Numbered from the stretch's first letter, positions 1 through 9,704 are shown. The stretch is 64,000 nucleotides of DNA from Acidobacteriota bacterium (GCA_965205505.1 CBDBHB010000009.1:1888001-1952000); one strand, 5' to 3'. A program made the numbers and translations. Notes: a model not told the origin generated them from the letters alone.

Positions 1-1598
1 ACCGCACGAAGCCACTCGGTGGTGCCGTCGGCGCCGTCCTTGAGAGCGAGGTAGCCGTTGTCGAGGAGCCACCGATTAAGGTTCAGGCCACGGCGGAACG
101 AGGTAAAGCCGTGGTCTGATAGCACCATCAGCAGGTCATCCTCGGTGACTCTCTCCAACACCTCACCCACGAGCTTGTCGTTGCGCACGTAGAGCTCCTC
201 GATGGTGTCGCGACAGTCGTCTTGGCTGCCGTCGTCGGCCGGATGTCCCTCCTCGATGTAGCGCCAGAACATGTGCTGGATGCGGTCGGTGGCGTCGAAC
301 ACGCACACCAAGCAGCCGCGGCGCAACCGCTCCATCGCCGCGAAGAACATGTCCTTGCGCTCGTCGTCGATATCGAATGTGAGCTCCTTGAAGTGGCGGT
401 CGTCGATCACCTTCTCGTTCAGTGCCCAGGTATCTTCGGCAAGCCCCAGCGTCGAGTACTTTCCCTGCATCTTCGACAGGTACACGGCATAGTAGTTGGG
501 GTGTGAGATCGGCATCGCGGGTCGCTCCGGATCGAGCGCGATGGGCGTCATGTACATGGAGAAGTCGCCGTTCATCTCGGTCATCATGACGCGCCCGATG
601 CCGCGCACCTTGATGCCGGGCGCCGCAGGGAAGGTCAGCGGCAACCACTCGGAAAGCTCGCCGAGGACCAAGTCGACGCTCTCGGAGCCGAAAGTGACAC
701 GCGCGCGGCTCTCGCCGCGGTCGAGCTCGGCGATGATCGGTATCTCCAGCGGAGGGCTGCCCTTGCGAAGGATGTTCTCGGGTCCTAGCAAGGTTCCGGT
801 GACTCGGTCGCCCTCCATGGTTACCGGCACTCGCTGGCCGCCCTCCTTGAACTTGGTGCTTTCGGGCCGGGTGGTGAAGAGCAGGAACGTGCCCTGCGTT
901 CCGAGAAGGTCCGGGACGCACATCGCCGATAGCTGGGCGCCATAGAAACGGTCGGGTGGAAAGGTGATGGGCACCCGAAGCACGGTGCTCCAGATATTGT
1001 GTTCGCCGAGAACGCTCCAGAATGGCTTGGACTTGCGCAGAAGTCGGAGCTCCGGTTTTTCGAGCGGAATACGAAAGGGTCCCAGGCTCAGGAATCGATC
1101 GACCGAACCGATCTTGGTCGACGACAACACCGGCATGTATGTCCGGCGGTCGCGGTCGAGAAAGTCGTAGATGTTGTGCCGTGCAGGGTGAGCGCCAGTC
1201 GAAAACGACGACCAGGCTACCGGAGAGATCGACGGGAACGTCGTCTTCAATGGCTTGTAGCAGCCCATGTCGGCGAGCTTCTTGAAGTTCGGCAACTTGC
1301 CTTCGGCCATGAAGCGGTCGGTCAACTGCGGATCCTGTCCGTCGAACCCGACGACGATGAGGCGCCGGATCTTGGGCGCCACCTTCGTACGGCGCGTGAT
1401 CGCCCGCCATAAGGTGCGGAACGGCCAGATCAGCAGCGAGGCGACGACCGCCAGAATGGTCGAGAACAGCACCAGGAAGCTGCTGATGAACGCGAAGCCG
1501 GCTCCGGGACCAACGTAGGCATCGGCCACATGCGGGTAGGCCAGCACCGACAGCACGGCCAGGACGAGGCGCGATACGAACCAGGACCGCGTGCTCAC
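1..1598 (-). CDS. Alkaline phosphatase superfamily (nucleotide pyrophosphatase/phosphodiesterase-like) protein with N-terminal membrane segments; 3' end runs off the window
   Basis: Not in the ORF track. Manual translation from GTG 1598 (GTGA overlap with upstream stop) gives MSTRSWFVSRLVLAVLSVLAYPHVADAYVGPGAGFAF...RLIVVGFDGQDP...TTFPSISPVAWSSFSTG, and VLSDHGF near position 120. Confidence 0.85.
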   Translation of the reverse strand, partial: MSTRSWFVSRLVLAVLSVLAYPHVADAYVGPGAGFAFISSFLVLFSTILAVVASLLIWPFRTLWRAITRRTKVAPKIRRLIVVGFDGQDPQLTDRFMAEGKLPNFKKLADMGCYKPLKTTFPSISPVAWSSFSTGAHPARHNIYDFLDRDRRTYMPVLSSTKIGSVDRFLSLGPFRIPLEKPELRLLRKSKPFWSVLGEHNIWSTVLRVPITFPPDRFYGAQLSAMCVPDLLGTQGTFLLFTTRPESTKFKEGGQRVPVTMEGDRVTGTLLGPENILRKGSPPLEIPIIAELDRGESRARVTFGSESVDLVLGELSEWLPLTFPAAPGIKVRGIGRVMMTEMNGDFSMYMTPIALDPERPAMPISHPNYYAVYLSKMQGKYSTLGLAEDTWALNEKVIDDRHFKELTFDIDDERKDMFFAAMERLRRGCLVCVFDATDRIQHMFWRYIEEGHPADDGSQDDCRDTIEELYVRNDKLVGEVLERVTEDDLLMVLSDHGFTSFRRGLNLNRWLLDNGYLALKDGADGTTEWLRA

Positions 1599-2887
1599 TT
1601 GTCGTACTCCCGTTCAATAAGTGCGGCGATCTCGCCGATCCAGAGGTCGCCTTCGATGGGGTAGGGTGTCAAGAGGAAGGCGTCGTCGTACGTGTGCATG
1701 CCCACGAGGTCGCTGCGTCCGAATACCGCACTCGCCGCGGGGCACGCCTTGAGGTCGAACCCCGGGAAAGCGAGAGCGACAAGGTCGGGACCGCGTGCAG
1801 AGCAAGGTCCCTGTTCGTAAATGTCCGCAGCGTCGAACACCTCGCGGACGACCCGTTGCCCATCATACCGCAGCTGTTTGATCGCGTTGGCGATCTCCGA
1901 CTTGAGCGCCGGCACATCGCTTTCGGCGACGGTGCCGCGCCCAAACCGTTCGGATCGATTCAGATAGATCCGCCCCGGATCCAACGCGAACGCTCGACTC
2001 TTCGGCTCGATCGAGGTCAGGTCCGTCGGTGCCTCCGCACCGAGGGTCAGGTAGCCCAGGTTTTTCAGAGCTGCGTTCAGCTGCACCTCCTGACGAATAG
2101 CACAGAAACCGTGATCCGACAGCATCCAGAAACAGGACTCCGGATCGGTCTCTTCGGCCGCGAACCGGTCCCATATCTCGCCCACCAGGGTGTCCACATC
2201 GTGGTGGTAGTCGAGGGTTTGCTGGTGGCGCGGATGCTGCGTGTCCGTGAGGGCGTCCCAGAGGTAGTGATAGAGGCGGTCTGTGCCGGTAACCACGACT
2301 TGCAGGAAGCGCCAATCGACCTCGTCCCAGAGCCGCATCACCGCTTCGCGCCGTGTTCGAAGCGTTTGCCGCAGGTCGCGCATGAGCCAATCGTGGTCCT
2401 GGCGGCTGCGCGCGGTATCGATATCGATGCGGTAGTTCATGCGTCGCAACGGACCCAGCCACCGCAATGGCTTGACCGAGCGAGTGAGATCCACTGCAAC
2501 GAAGCCCGAGACCATGACTCCGGGAATCGAGCGAGCTGGGTAGGTTGCCGGCTGATTCAGTACAACCGAAGTTACGCCGCGGCGGCCGAGCCGGTCCCAC
2601 AAGGTCGGAACGCGCACATCGGCAAAGCTCGGGAACGTGAGCCCGTAGCTCTGAGGCTCGATATCAGTGAAGCCGTAGATCCCATGCTCGCCGGGACCCG
2701 TACCGGTCATGAAGCTCGACCAGCTCACCGAGGAGATTTCCGGCAATGAGGCGCGCATGGAGCGGAGGTGGGCACCGGCAATGCGCTCCGCCAAGCGCGG
2801 CATGACGCCGTCGTCGGCGAGGCGTCGCAGTAGCTGCTCCGGGACTCCGTCGAGCCCGATCAGACAGAGTCGCTTGCTGCGCGACAT
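1595..2887 (-). CDS. Alkaline phosphatase superfamily (type I phosphodiesterase/nucleotide pyrophosphatase-like) protein
   Basis: IGLDG, PEISSVSWSSFMTG, TDRLYH, LSDHGF and GMH motifs. Confidence 0.88.
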   Translation of the reverse strand: MSRSKRLCLIGLDGVPEQLLRRLADDGVMPRLAERIAGAHLRSMRASLPEISSVSWSSFMTGTGPGEHGIYGFTDIEPQSYGLTFPSFADVRVPTLWDRLGRRGVTSVVLNQPATYPARSIPGVMVSGFVAVDLTRSVKPLRWLGPLRRMNYRIDIDTARSRQDHDWLMRDLRQTLRTRREAVMRLWDEVDWRFLQVVVTGTDRLYHYLWDALTDTQHPRHQQTLDYHHDVDTLVGEIWDRFAAEETDPESCFWMLSDHGFCAIRQEVQLNAALKNLGYLTLGAEAPTDLTSIEPKSRAFALDPGRIYLNRSERFGRGTVAESDVPALKSEIANAIKQLRYDGQRVVREVFDAADIYEQGPCSARGPDLVALAFPGFDLKACPAASAVFGRSDLVGMHTYDDAFLLTPYPIEGDLWIGEIAALIEREYDK

Positions 2888-2906
2888 TGGCGCCCCCTGC
2901 GAGCGA

Positions 2907-3506
2907 TCAGAGGTACCCGAGCGACTCTAGCCGTGCGCGGATCGCCTCTTCTTGCTCTGGACTAGTGTGGTGGTCCTCGGCGGGCGGAACGTATCCCATG
3001 AGCTCGAGACTTCGCACGATCTTTTCCCGGCTCTCCTCCGGCGTCTCTTTCTCTGTATCGCAGACGATCTCGGGGTTAACCGGTTCCTCGTAGGGATCGG
3101 AAACGCCTGTAAAATTGGAGATCTCACCGGCCAGGGCTCGTTTGTATAGCCCCTTGGGATCCCGTCGTGCCAGCTCTTCGATACTGCAGCGTGCGTAGAC
3201 CTCGACGAAGTTCTCGATCGCTCCGCGCAGCTCATCCCGGATCTCTCGATAGGGAGAAATGGCCGCAGAGACCGCCGCCACTCCGTTGCGGCTGAGCAGA
3301 TTACAGACGTAGCCGATGCGCCGGATGTTGGTATCGCGGTCTTCCTTCGAGAAGCCGAGTCCTTTGGACAGGTTCGTTCGTACCTCGTCGCCGTCGAGGA
3401 TCTCGACCCGTAGGCCGCGTTCGAGGAGGACCCCTTCGACTGCCGTGGCCAGCGTCGACTTGCCGGAACCCGAAAGCCCTGTGAACCAGAGCGTGAAGCC
3501 CTTCAT
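2907..3506 (-). CDS. cysC: Adenylyl-sulfate kinase with extra C-terminal RLESLGYL tail
   Basis: [13 protein letters not shown]-loop, [34 protein letters not shown]. Confidence 0.95.
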   Translation of the reverse strand: MKGFTLWFTGLSGSGKSTLATAVEGVLLERGLRVEILDGDEVRTNLSKGLGFSKEDRDTNIRRIGYVCNLLSRNGVAAVSAAISPYREIRDELRGAIENFVEVYARCSIEELARRDPKGLYKRALAGEISNFTGVSDPYEEPVNPEIVCDTEKETPEESREKIVRSLELMGYVPPAEDHHTSPEQEEAIRARLESLGYL

Positions 3507-3544
3507 CTGAGCAAACTCCTTATGATGCCTCGGTAGGTGCCGAA

Positions 3545-4714
3545 TCAGGCCACGGCGCCGGCGGTCGACCCCTGATAGTGACGTCGCAAGATCTCCGCCA
3601 CCTCGGGCCGGGTGAATTCCTTTGGCAGCTCTTCACCGCGCGCCAACATGTCGCGGATCTTCGTGCCGCTGAGGAACACGTGCTGTTCCTTGTCGTGCGG
3701 ACACGTTTTCTGCGACGCCATGTTCTCGCAAGCGTGGCAGTAGAACGCGTGGTCGAAGAAGAGCGGCGTAATGCCGATCTCGAGCGCTTCGAATTCCTCG
3801 AAGATGGTGTGCGCATCGTAGGTGCCGTAGTAGCCGCCGACGCCGGCGTGGTCGCGGCCGACGATGAAGTGCGTGCAGCCGTAGTTCTTTCTTACGATGG
3901 CGTGGAAGATGGCTTCCTTAGGGCCGGCATAGCGCATCGCTGCTGGCAGAATCGACAGAGCGACGCGTGCGTTCGGGTAGTAATTGTGCAGCAGCGCCTG
4001 GTAGCACTCGAGCCGTACGTCAGCTGGGATATCGTCCGACTTAGTCTCGCCCATGATCGGGTGAATCAACAGTGCGTCGACCAATTCGAGAGCGCACTTC
4101 TGCAGGTATTCGTGGGCGCGGTGGATCGGGTTTCGGGTCTGGAAGGCGGCGACGCTGTTCCAACCCTTGGCCTTGAACAAGACGCGGGTTTCGCGCGGAT
4201 CGAGCCGCGAGCTTTCGAAGCTGGCGTGATGCGGGCGGTGTAGCAGCGTGATTTTCCCGCCCAGGTAGGAGTTGCCGGTCGATCGCAGATATGCGACTCC
4301 GGGGTGCGCGTCATCATTCGTCTGCAGCACCTGGAGGGCCTCGTGAGCTCTATCGGGCTGGTAGACGTCGGTCAACTCGAGCACGCCGTGTAACGTACCG
4401 TCGGGCCCCTTGAGCGCTACCGGGTCGCCGATCCCGACGTCGGTTGCGGTCGCAGCATCGACCGCCAGCGTGATCGGTATCGTCCACGGCAGGCCGCCGG
4501 GCAAGCGGCCATGGGCGCATACGTGCTCGTAGTCTTCCCGTCCCATGAAACCCTCGAGCGGGCTCAAGGCGCCGGTGGCGATCATCTCCAGATCAGAGGT
4601 CTCCCGACGGTTCATGGTGACGGCGGGAAGCTTGTCGACATGGTCGAGCCACTCGGTGCGTTCGGTTGCTGATGCGAAGCGGTCAACGAGGCGCCCGCCG
4701 TGAGCTTTGATCAT
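3545..4714 (-). CDS. sat: Sulfate adenylyltransferase (ATP sulfurylase)
   Basis: [10 protein letters not shown] start (TAATG overlap with upstream stop), [36 protein letters not shown]. Confidence 0.95.
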   Translation of the reverse strand: MIKAHGGRLVDRFASATERTEWLDHVDKLPAVTMNRRETSDLEMIATGALSPLEGFMGREDYEHVCAHGRLPGGLPWTIPITLAVDAATATDVGIGDPVALKGPDGTLHGVLELTDVYQPDRAHEALQVLQTNDDAHPGVAYLRSTGNSYLGGKITLLHRPHHASFESSRLDPRETRVLFKAKGWNSVAAFQTRNPIHRAHEYLQKCALELVDALLIHPIMGETKSDDIPADVRLECYQALLHNYYPNARVALSILPAAMRYAGPKEAIFHAIVRKNYGCTHFIVGRDHAGVGGYYGTYDAHTIFEEFEALEIGITPLFFDHAFYCHACENMASQKTCPHDKEQHVFLSGTKIRDMLARGEELPKEFTRPEVAEILRRHYQGSTAGAVA

Positions 4715-4929
4715 TAGAGGTATCCGAGGTTTTCTAGTTTCTTGCGGATCGCCACCAGCTCGTCCTGGCTGAGATCGGAGGACGATGCCTCCGGTTCCAG
4801 GCTCCCGACCAGGTCGCGAAGCACGAAGACGATGAAGTCGGTGGCCGAGCTGAAGCCCGACCCGTCGATCACCCGCTGCAGCCGATTGTAGAGCGGCCGG
4901 GGAATCTTGATGCTTACGCGGTCGGGCAT
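4714..4929 (-). CDS. Small ribbon-helix-helix (CopG-like) protein ending KKLENLGYL
   Basis: MPDRVSIKIPRPLYNRLQ...GFSSATDFIVFVLRDLV shows an RHH-like beta-alpha-alpha pattern; translationally coupled to sat. Confidence 0.75.
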   Translation of the reverse strand: MPDRVSIKIPRPLYNRLQRVIDGSGFSSATDFIVFVLRDLVGSLEPEASSSDLSQDELVAIRKKLENLGYL

Positions 4930-5032
4930 GGGCAACGAGGGAATGAACTGCAGTAGGGCACGAATTGGGTCCTGATCGTAACCCAATTAGAATCAGATGC
5001 AAGTCCGATCGCGGCACCGGCCGCCGCCGACG

Positions 5033-5839
5033 CTAGAAGTAGCCGCGCAGTCGTTGCACCAAGTCGTCGTGCCGGGTGCCGTTGCTCCCCAGCAGGCCGC
5101 GGCGATTCACGATGTCGTGAGGGTCATAGTCGATCGGGCGGCCGTCGAAGTCGGTGAGGCGGCCACCGGCGGCGTGCAGAATCGCCTCCGGAGCGCAGGC
5201 GTCCCAGAGCTTTGTACCGGATGCCGGCTGCAAATAGAGGTCGCAAACCCCGGTACCGATCTTGCCGATCTTCAGGCCGACGCTGCCGGACTGCAGCATG
5301 CGCGAGATGCCGAGCTCGTCTTTCATGCGCTCGACGATCTCGGGGAGGTGCGAACGACTACAGATCAACGTCAGCTCGGCGAGCTCGCTGGTCGTTCCGA
5401 CGCGCATCGTATCGACGCCATCCGGGTGCACGCGTTCCGCCCCCTCGCCGACGATGCCGCGGTAAACAGTCTCCTCCGCGGGCTGGGCGACGACGCCGAG
5501 CACTGGCGTGCCTTCTACCACCAGCCCGATCATCACGGCGAACTCCGTAAGATGGCGGGTGAACTCCTTGGTGCCATCCATCGGGTCCACCATCCAAACG
5601 CGCCGCTTGCCGACGATCGCCGCGGGGTCAGCAGATTCCTCGGCGAGAATGCCGTCGTTGGGGAAGTGCTCCTGCAGCCGCGCGACAATGTGCTCGTTGG
5701 CGGCGCGGTCGGCCTCGGTAGCGGGCTCCCCACCGGCCTTGGCCTCGACCCGATAGTCGCTTCGGTAGTAGCGCATCAGGATCTCGGACGCCTCTCGCGC
5801 GATTGTCTCGGCGAGGTCGAGGTCACGAGCAAGGGTCAT
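5033..5839 (-). CDS. cysQ: 3'(2'),5'-bisphosphate nucleotidase (inositol monophosphatase family)
   Basis: TEAD, LAEE, WMVDPMDGTKEF, SRSH, WDACA motifs; lies beside sat/cysC. Confidence 0.88.
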   Translation of the reverse strand: MTLARDLDLAETIAREASEILMRYYRSDYRVEAKAGGEPATEADRAANEHIVARLQEHFPNDGILAEESADPAAIVGKRRVWMVDPMDGTKEFTRHLTEFAVMIGLVVEGTPVLGVVAQPAEETVYRGIVGEGAERVHPDGVDTMRVGTTSELAELTLICSRSHLPEIVERMKDELGISRMLQSGSVGLKIGKIGTGVCDLYLQPASGTKLWDACAPEAILHAAGGRLTDFDGRPIDYDPHDIVNRRGLLGSNGTRHDDLVQRLRGYF

Positions 5840-6078
5840 GTGGCTGCCGGGGCGATGCGAAGCCGATGAAGCGGGACGGCGGAGCCCTGGACACTAGCAG
5901 GAAGGCGCCCGTTACGTTCCGCGTCGTCGGTCCGGGACCCTCTGTCAGGCGAAGGGAGACCCCTTTTTTTTGGCCTCGACGCTTACAAGTTGTGCGCTGG
6001 CGCTTGACCGCCATCGACGGGCGCTGTATCTACCGCTCATCAGCAAGCAACTTGCCGCACACCCACGGGGAGACACAC

Positions 6079-6480
6079 ATGGCCGTTGCACGACAACTGA
6101 CCGTCGGGTGGCAGAATCGGCCCGGTGAGCTGGCGAACTTCTGCGAGGCGTTGGCCGCCGCGAACGTGAATATCCTGGCGCTGGCTACGGCCGAAGCGGG
6201 TGAGTACGGCGCTGTTCGGCTTCTCGTAGACGATGTCCCGCGTGCGCGCGAGGTGTTCCGCGAGAGCGGCGTGGCGCATACGAGCATCGAGGTGCTGGTG
6301 GCGACCCTGGGGAGCCACGCAGGCCAGTTGGCGAAGATCGCCCGTCTGCTCTCGGACAACAAGATCAACATCGAGTACTTCTACGCCTCGGTGTCACCGG
6401 ACGACGGCCTCGCGATTGGTGTCTTCAAAGTGTCGGATGCTGCTGCCGCCGACGCGTTGCTGGAGTCGGTCCGAGACTAG
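6079..6480 (+). CDS. Tandem ACT-domain protein
   Basis: NRPGELA...ANVNI and AGQLAKI...INIEYFY; GGGGAG RBS before ATG 6079. Confidence 0.85.
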   Translation: MAVARQLTVGWQNRPGELANFCEALAAANVNILALATAEAGEYGAVRLLVDDVPRAREVFRESGVAHTSIEVLVATLGSHAGQLAKIARLLSDNKINIEYFYASVSPDDGLAIGVFKVSDAAAADALLESVRD

Positions 6481-6501
6481 CGGCCTGTAACAGATCACTA
6501 G
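6477..6501. repeat. Collapsed remnant of CTAG-bounded repeat (type A end)
   Basis: CTAGCGGCCTGTAACAGATCACTAG matches the type A terminus CTAGTGGCCTGTAACAGAT; overlaps the ACT gene TAG. Confidence 0.7.
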
Positions 6502-6517
6502 CCAGCGTGACCGACGT

Positions 6518-7610
6518 ATGGAGTTGCTGCACATGAGTACTGTTCCCACCGCGGAACCGTTGCTGGAAACCGAGCTGCCCGATGTTGACCTGATCCACCG
6601 TGGCAAGGTGCGCGACGTGTACGGAGTCGGCGATGAGCTACTGCTTGTTGCCACCGCCGGCGAAGGGGACGGTGCTGACTCAGCTGTCGTGTTTCTGGTT
6701 CGATCGCCTGCAACACGTGGTTGACAACCACCTGATCAGCGCCGATGTGGACGAGTTTCCGGACGTCCTGCAGCCCTACGCTGACCAACTCGCCGGGCGT
6801 AGCATGTACGCGCGCCGTGACCGTATCTCCGCCTTCGACGTGGTGCTGCCCGGAGGCGTGCCGGCGAAGGGGACGGTGCTGACTCAGCTGTCGTGTTTCT
6901 GGTTCGATCGCCTGCAACACGTGGTTGACAACCACCTGATCAGCGCCGATGTGGACGAGTTTCCGGACGTCCTGCAGCCCTACGCTGACCAACTCGCCGG
7001 GCGTAGCATGTACGCGCGCCGTGCCGAGCGATTCGATGTCGAGTGCGTCGTGCGCGGATACCTCATCGGATCAGGGTGGCGCGACTACCAGCGCACCGGT
7101 CAGGTCTGTGGCATCGAATTGCCGCCTGGCCTGCAGCAGGCGGCGCGGCTCCCCGAGCCGATCTTCACGCCCTCCACCAAAGCCGACTCGGGCCACGACG
7201 AGAATGTGTCGGTGGCTCAGATGGCAGAGCTGATTGGGCCGGACTGGACCGCGCAGTTGGCTGAAGTGTCGTTGCGCCTGTACTCCGAGGCAGCCGAGTA
7301 TGCCGAGTCACGCGGCATAATCATTGCCGACACGAAGTTCGAGTTCGGGCTGGTCGGGGACGAGCTGATCCTCATCGACGAGGTGTTTACACCAGACTCG
7401 TCGCGCTTCTGGCCGGCGGACGAATACCGGCCGGGAACCAACCCACCGTCCTATGACAAGGAATTTGTGCGCGATTACCTTTCCCATCTGGACTGGGACA
7501 AGACGCCCCCTGGCCCGGTGCTCCCCGAGGAGATCGTGCAACGAACGTCGGCCAAGTATCACGAGGCATACGAGGTGCTTACGGGCACAGCGTTGCCGGA
7601 CTTTTCCTGA
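6518..7610 (+). pseudogene. purC: SAICAR synthase, frameshifted by an internal 163-bp copy (real lesion or assembly artefact)
   Basis: HRGKVRDVY...LLLVAT in one frame; DRISAFDV, ECVVRGY, FTPSTKA, IADTKFEFG, DEVFTPDSSRFW in another. Confidence 0.88.
6656..7023 (+). repeat. 164-bp direct repeat (6656-6819 = 6860-7023)
   Basis: Identical by eye from GCCGGCGAAGGGGACGG to TACGCGCGCCGTG. Confidence 0.92.
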
Positions 7611-7620
7611 GCGCCAGCGA

Positions 7621-7839
7621 ATGAGTCGCAAGCCCACTCTGAAGGTTCGCCTACAGGAACTCGTCGTCGACATGGTGAAGAAGGGAATCCGGCTTCAGGA
7701 GGCCCACGAGCAGCTCGAGCGGCAGTTCCTCAGCGAGGTGCTGTCGGTCTGCGAAGGTAACCAGAGTCGCGCCGCCGAGGCGCTCAAGGTGCATCGCAAT
7801 ACACTGCGGCGCAAGCTCCGGCAACACGGCCTGCTCTGA
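7621..7839 (+). CDS. Fis-family HTH protein
   Basis: ERQFLSEVL...GNQSRAAEALKVHRNTLRRKL. Confidence 0.88.
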   Translation: MSRKPTLKVRLQELVVDMVKKGIRLQEAHEQLERQFLSEVLSVCEGNQSRAAEALKVHRNTLRRKLRQHGLL

Positions 7840-7881
7840 TGCCCGCCATCACGGCGCGGTTCGTGACGGTCGGTCAGGAGC

Positions 7882-7936
7882 TTGACGAACGCCGGTGCGG
7901 CCACTACGGTTAGCACTCATCTTAGGAGAGTGCCAG
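7882..7936 (+). promoter_or_regulatory. Sigma70-type promoter plus CIRCE (HrcA operator)
   Basis: TTGACG at 7882; TTAGCACTC-N9-GAGTGCCAG at 7910-7936, upstream of a groES start. Confidence 0.88.
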
Positions 7937-8042
7937 CGGAGTCCACTTCAAAGTGCTAGTCCCGCGCAGACTCCCGCTTCCAGCAGACGAACTGGCGCCC
8001 AACTGCGTCTGCAATTATCACCTCACAAGGAGCTTACAGTCC

Positions 8043-8147
8043 ATGGCGAAGAAGAAGACTGTTGGCGTGCGTCCTCTGCACGACCGGGTTTTGCTACGTC
8101 GTTTGGACGCCGTCGATGAGGCTCGCGGCGGCATGGGCGGCTTCTAA
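8043..8147 (+). pseudogene. groES: groES 5' end fused to a groEL-like 3' end (deleted groESL operon)
   Basis: AAGGAG RBS; MAKKKTVGVRPLHDRVLLRR...RGG (GroES N-terminus) followed directly by MGGF* (GroEL-type GGM tail). Confidence 0.8.
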
Positions 8148-8376
8148 CCTTTGCTCCAGTCCGACGAGCACGGGACACACCGGGCTCGGGGTGTACCAGG
8201 TTCGCTCCGGGCTCGATGTGGGTCGGCCAACCGCACCGACCGGCGGAAGGTCTCAGGATGGGCGGCGAGAAAAATTGCCGCCCTGGAACGCGCTTGCTAC
8301 GATTGGGTAATGGTCAGCGACACTCCGTTGCGGCCGTACCCTCCCTAGATACCGACCTCGCCAGGAGTATGATCCG

Positions 8377-8922
8377 ATGCGGACGACCACCAGCTTGCTA
8401 ATCGGCGCGGCAATGTTCACGTCGGCTGTTTTCTCCACCCCGCAGTCTACGGGCACCCGCATCGTCTTCATCGATGGAGACTCGGTGCTGACTGGATCAG
8501 AGATTGGACGCGTTGCCCGCGAGCGGCTCGAGGTTGAAGCTGCGAGGTGGCAGGAGAATCTCAACGCGCAGGCGACGGAGCTCGAAGCGTTGCAGCGCCA
8601 GCGCCAAGATCAAGCGCTGACCCTCAACGAGGCTGCGTTGGCGCGGCTCAACCAGGACATTGAAGAAAAGCAGGTGCTGGCCCAGCGCACCAACGACGAT
8701 GCCCGTCGTGAGCTCGAGCGCATGGAGCAGCAGATCACGCTCGATGTCAACGAGCAGCTTGGACCACTGGTCGAACAGTTCGCCGCCGACAACGGCTACG
8801 ACGTGATCTTCGACTCTTCACGGGCCCAGGGCGTGCTCTACTTCGCCAACTCGACGATCGTAACCACCGAGTTCTTGGCGCTGGTCAACTCGAGCGTAGG
8901 CGCCGATTCGTCGCAGGACTGA
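8377..8922 (+). CDS. skp: OmpH/Skp periplasmic chaperone
   Basis: Signal peptide, IVFID, long coiled coil, GYDVIFD. Confidence 0.8.
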   Translation: MRTTTSLLIGAAMFTSAVFSTPQSTGTRIVFIDGDSVLTGSEIGRVARERLEVEAARWQENLNAQATELEALQRQRQDQALTLNEAALARLNQDIEEKQVLAQRTNDDARRELERMEQQITLDVNEQLGPLVEQFAADNGYDVIFDSSRAQGVLYFANSTIVTTEFLALVNSSVGADSSQD

Positions 8923-9009
8923 CAGATCTCCAACAACCGCGCGTTCGGGGTGCTGCACGGGCCACGGGAGGAGTTGTGGGGCGCGAGCCTCACAGACGGA
9001 GTGCGGGAT

Positions 9010-9380
9010 TGACCCGCGAGGCAGGGGAACCGCTGTCGAGATGATCGGCAGAGGAAAGTCGGGACTCCACAGGGCGGCGCGCTGGGTAACCCCCAGCGGG
9101 GGAAACCCCGGGAAAGTGCCACAGAGAACAGACCGCCTGCGGCCTTCGGGCTGTCGGTAAGGGTGAAACGGTGGGGTAAGAGCCCACCAGTGTCGGGGGC
9201 GACCCCGGCAGCTAGGTAAACCCCGCGTGGAGCAAGGCCAAATAGGGAAGCGATGGGCTGGCCCGGCCCGGCTTCCGGGTAGGCTGCACGAGGCGTCGGG
9301 AGACCGGCGTCCCAGATTCATGGTTCCCAGCCTGGCTTCGGCCGGGTGAACAGAATCCCGCTTACTCGCCTCGCGGGTCA
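9010..9380 (+). ncRNA. rnpB: RNase P RNA, bacterial type A
   Basis: GAGGAAAGTCGGG...GAAAGTGCCACAGA...GGGTGAAACGGTGGGGTAAGAGCCCACC...GGTAAACCCC...GAGCAAG...AACAGAATCCCGCTTA; P1 TGACCCGCGAGGC/GCCTCGCGGGTCA; compensatory change in P4. Confidence 0.96.
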
Positions 9381-9401
9381 GCTCCGTAATCGTCAGGCGT
9401 G

Positions 9402-9444
9402 CCACACTTGCAGCACGGCCTGTTGCAGGCTGTTAGAGGCCACT
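9402..9444. repeat. Remnant type B end plus type A end of the CTAG repeat, interrupted by the IS
   Basis: CCACACTTGCAGCACGGCCTG resembles the B terminus; CTGTTAGAGGCCACT resembles the A terminus CTGTTACAGGCCACTAG. Confidence 0.7.
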
Positions 9445-9469
9445 TCTAAGAGAAGGCCTAGTTCGGTCA

Positions 9470-9645
9470 AGGGCAATGTGGTGGCCAGCGAAGAATCGAT
9501 CTGCACGCCATGCTCCTATTCGCACTCTGGTGGACGAGGATTCAGGTCGTCCGGTGCATTCTGGGGTCCGTCCCGATTCGAGGCGCTGCAATCTAGCTGC
9601 CGAGCTCGAAGCTCGTAGTGACCTTCGCAGTCGCCCGGACCGGGC
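9470..9645 (-). ncRNA. Putative bridge/seekRNA of the IS110 element (boundaries approximate)
   Basis: Stem CTGCGA/TGCAG encloses hairpin CGAGC-TTCGA-GCTCG with loop strands AGGTCACTA and GCAGCTAG matching the insertion site; second hairpin GGACGA...TCGTCC followed by ATAGGAG, similar to IS end TTAGAAG. Confidence 0.65.
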
Positions 9646-9704
9646 GGTCAGATCGATAACCGTTGGGTCGCGTCGCCCTACCGACCTCCTGGTTGCGGGT
9701 TAGT

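Noticed and set aside
163-1617. 484-aa ORF in the track
   Set aside because: Off-frame shadow of the real AlkP-family gene (1-1598), which the track missed because it has no stop inside the window.
8160-8290. Hairpins after the groES scar as a novel ncRNA
   Set aside because: Their position fits leftover groEL 3' UTR/terminator structure, and there is no second copy or recognisable motif.
8818-9405. 195-aa ORF on the minus strand
   Set aside because: It is antisense to RNase P RNA.
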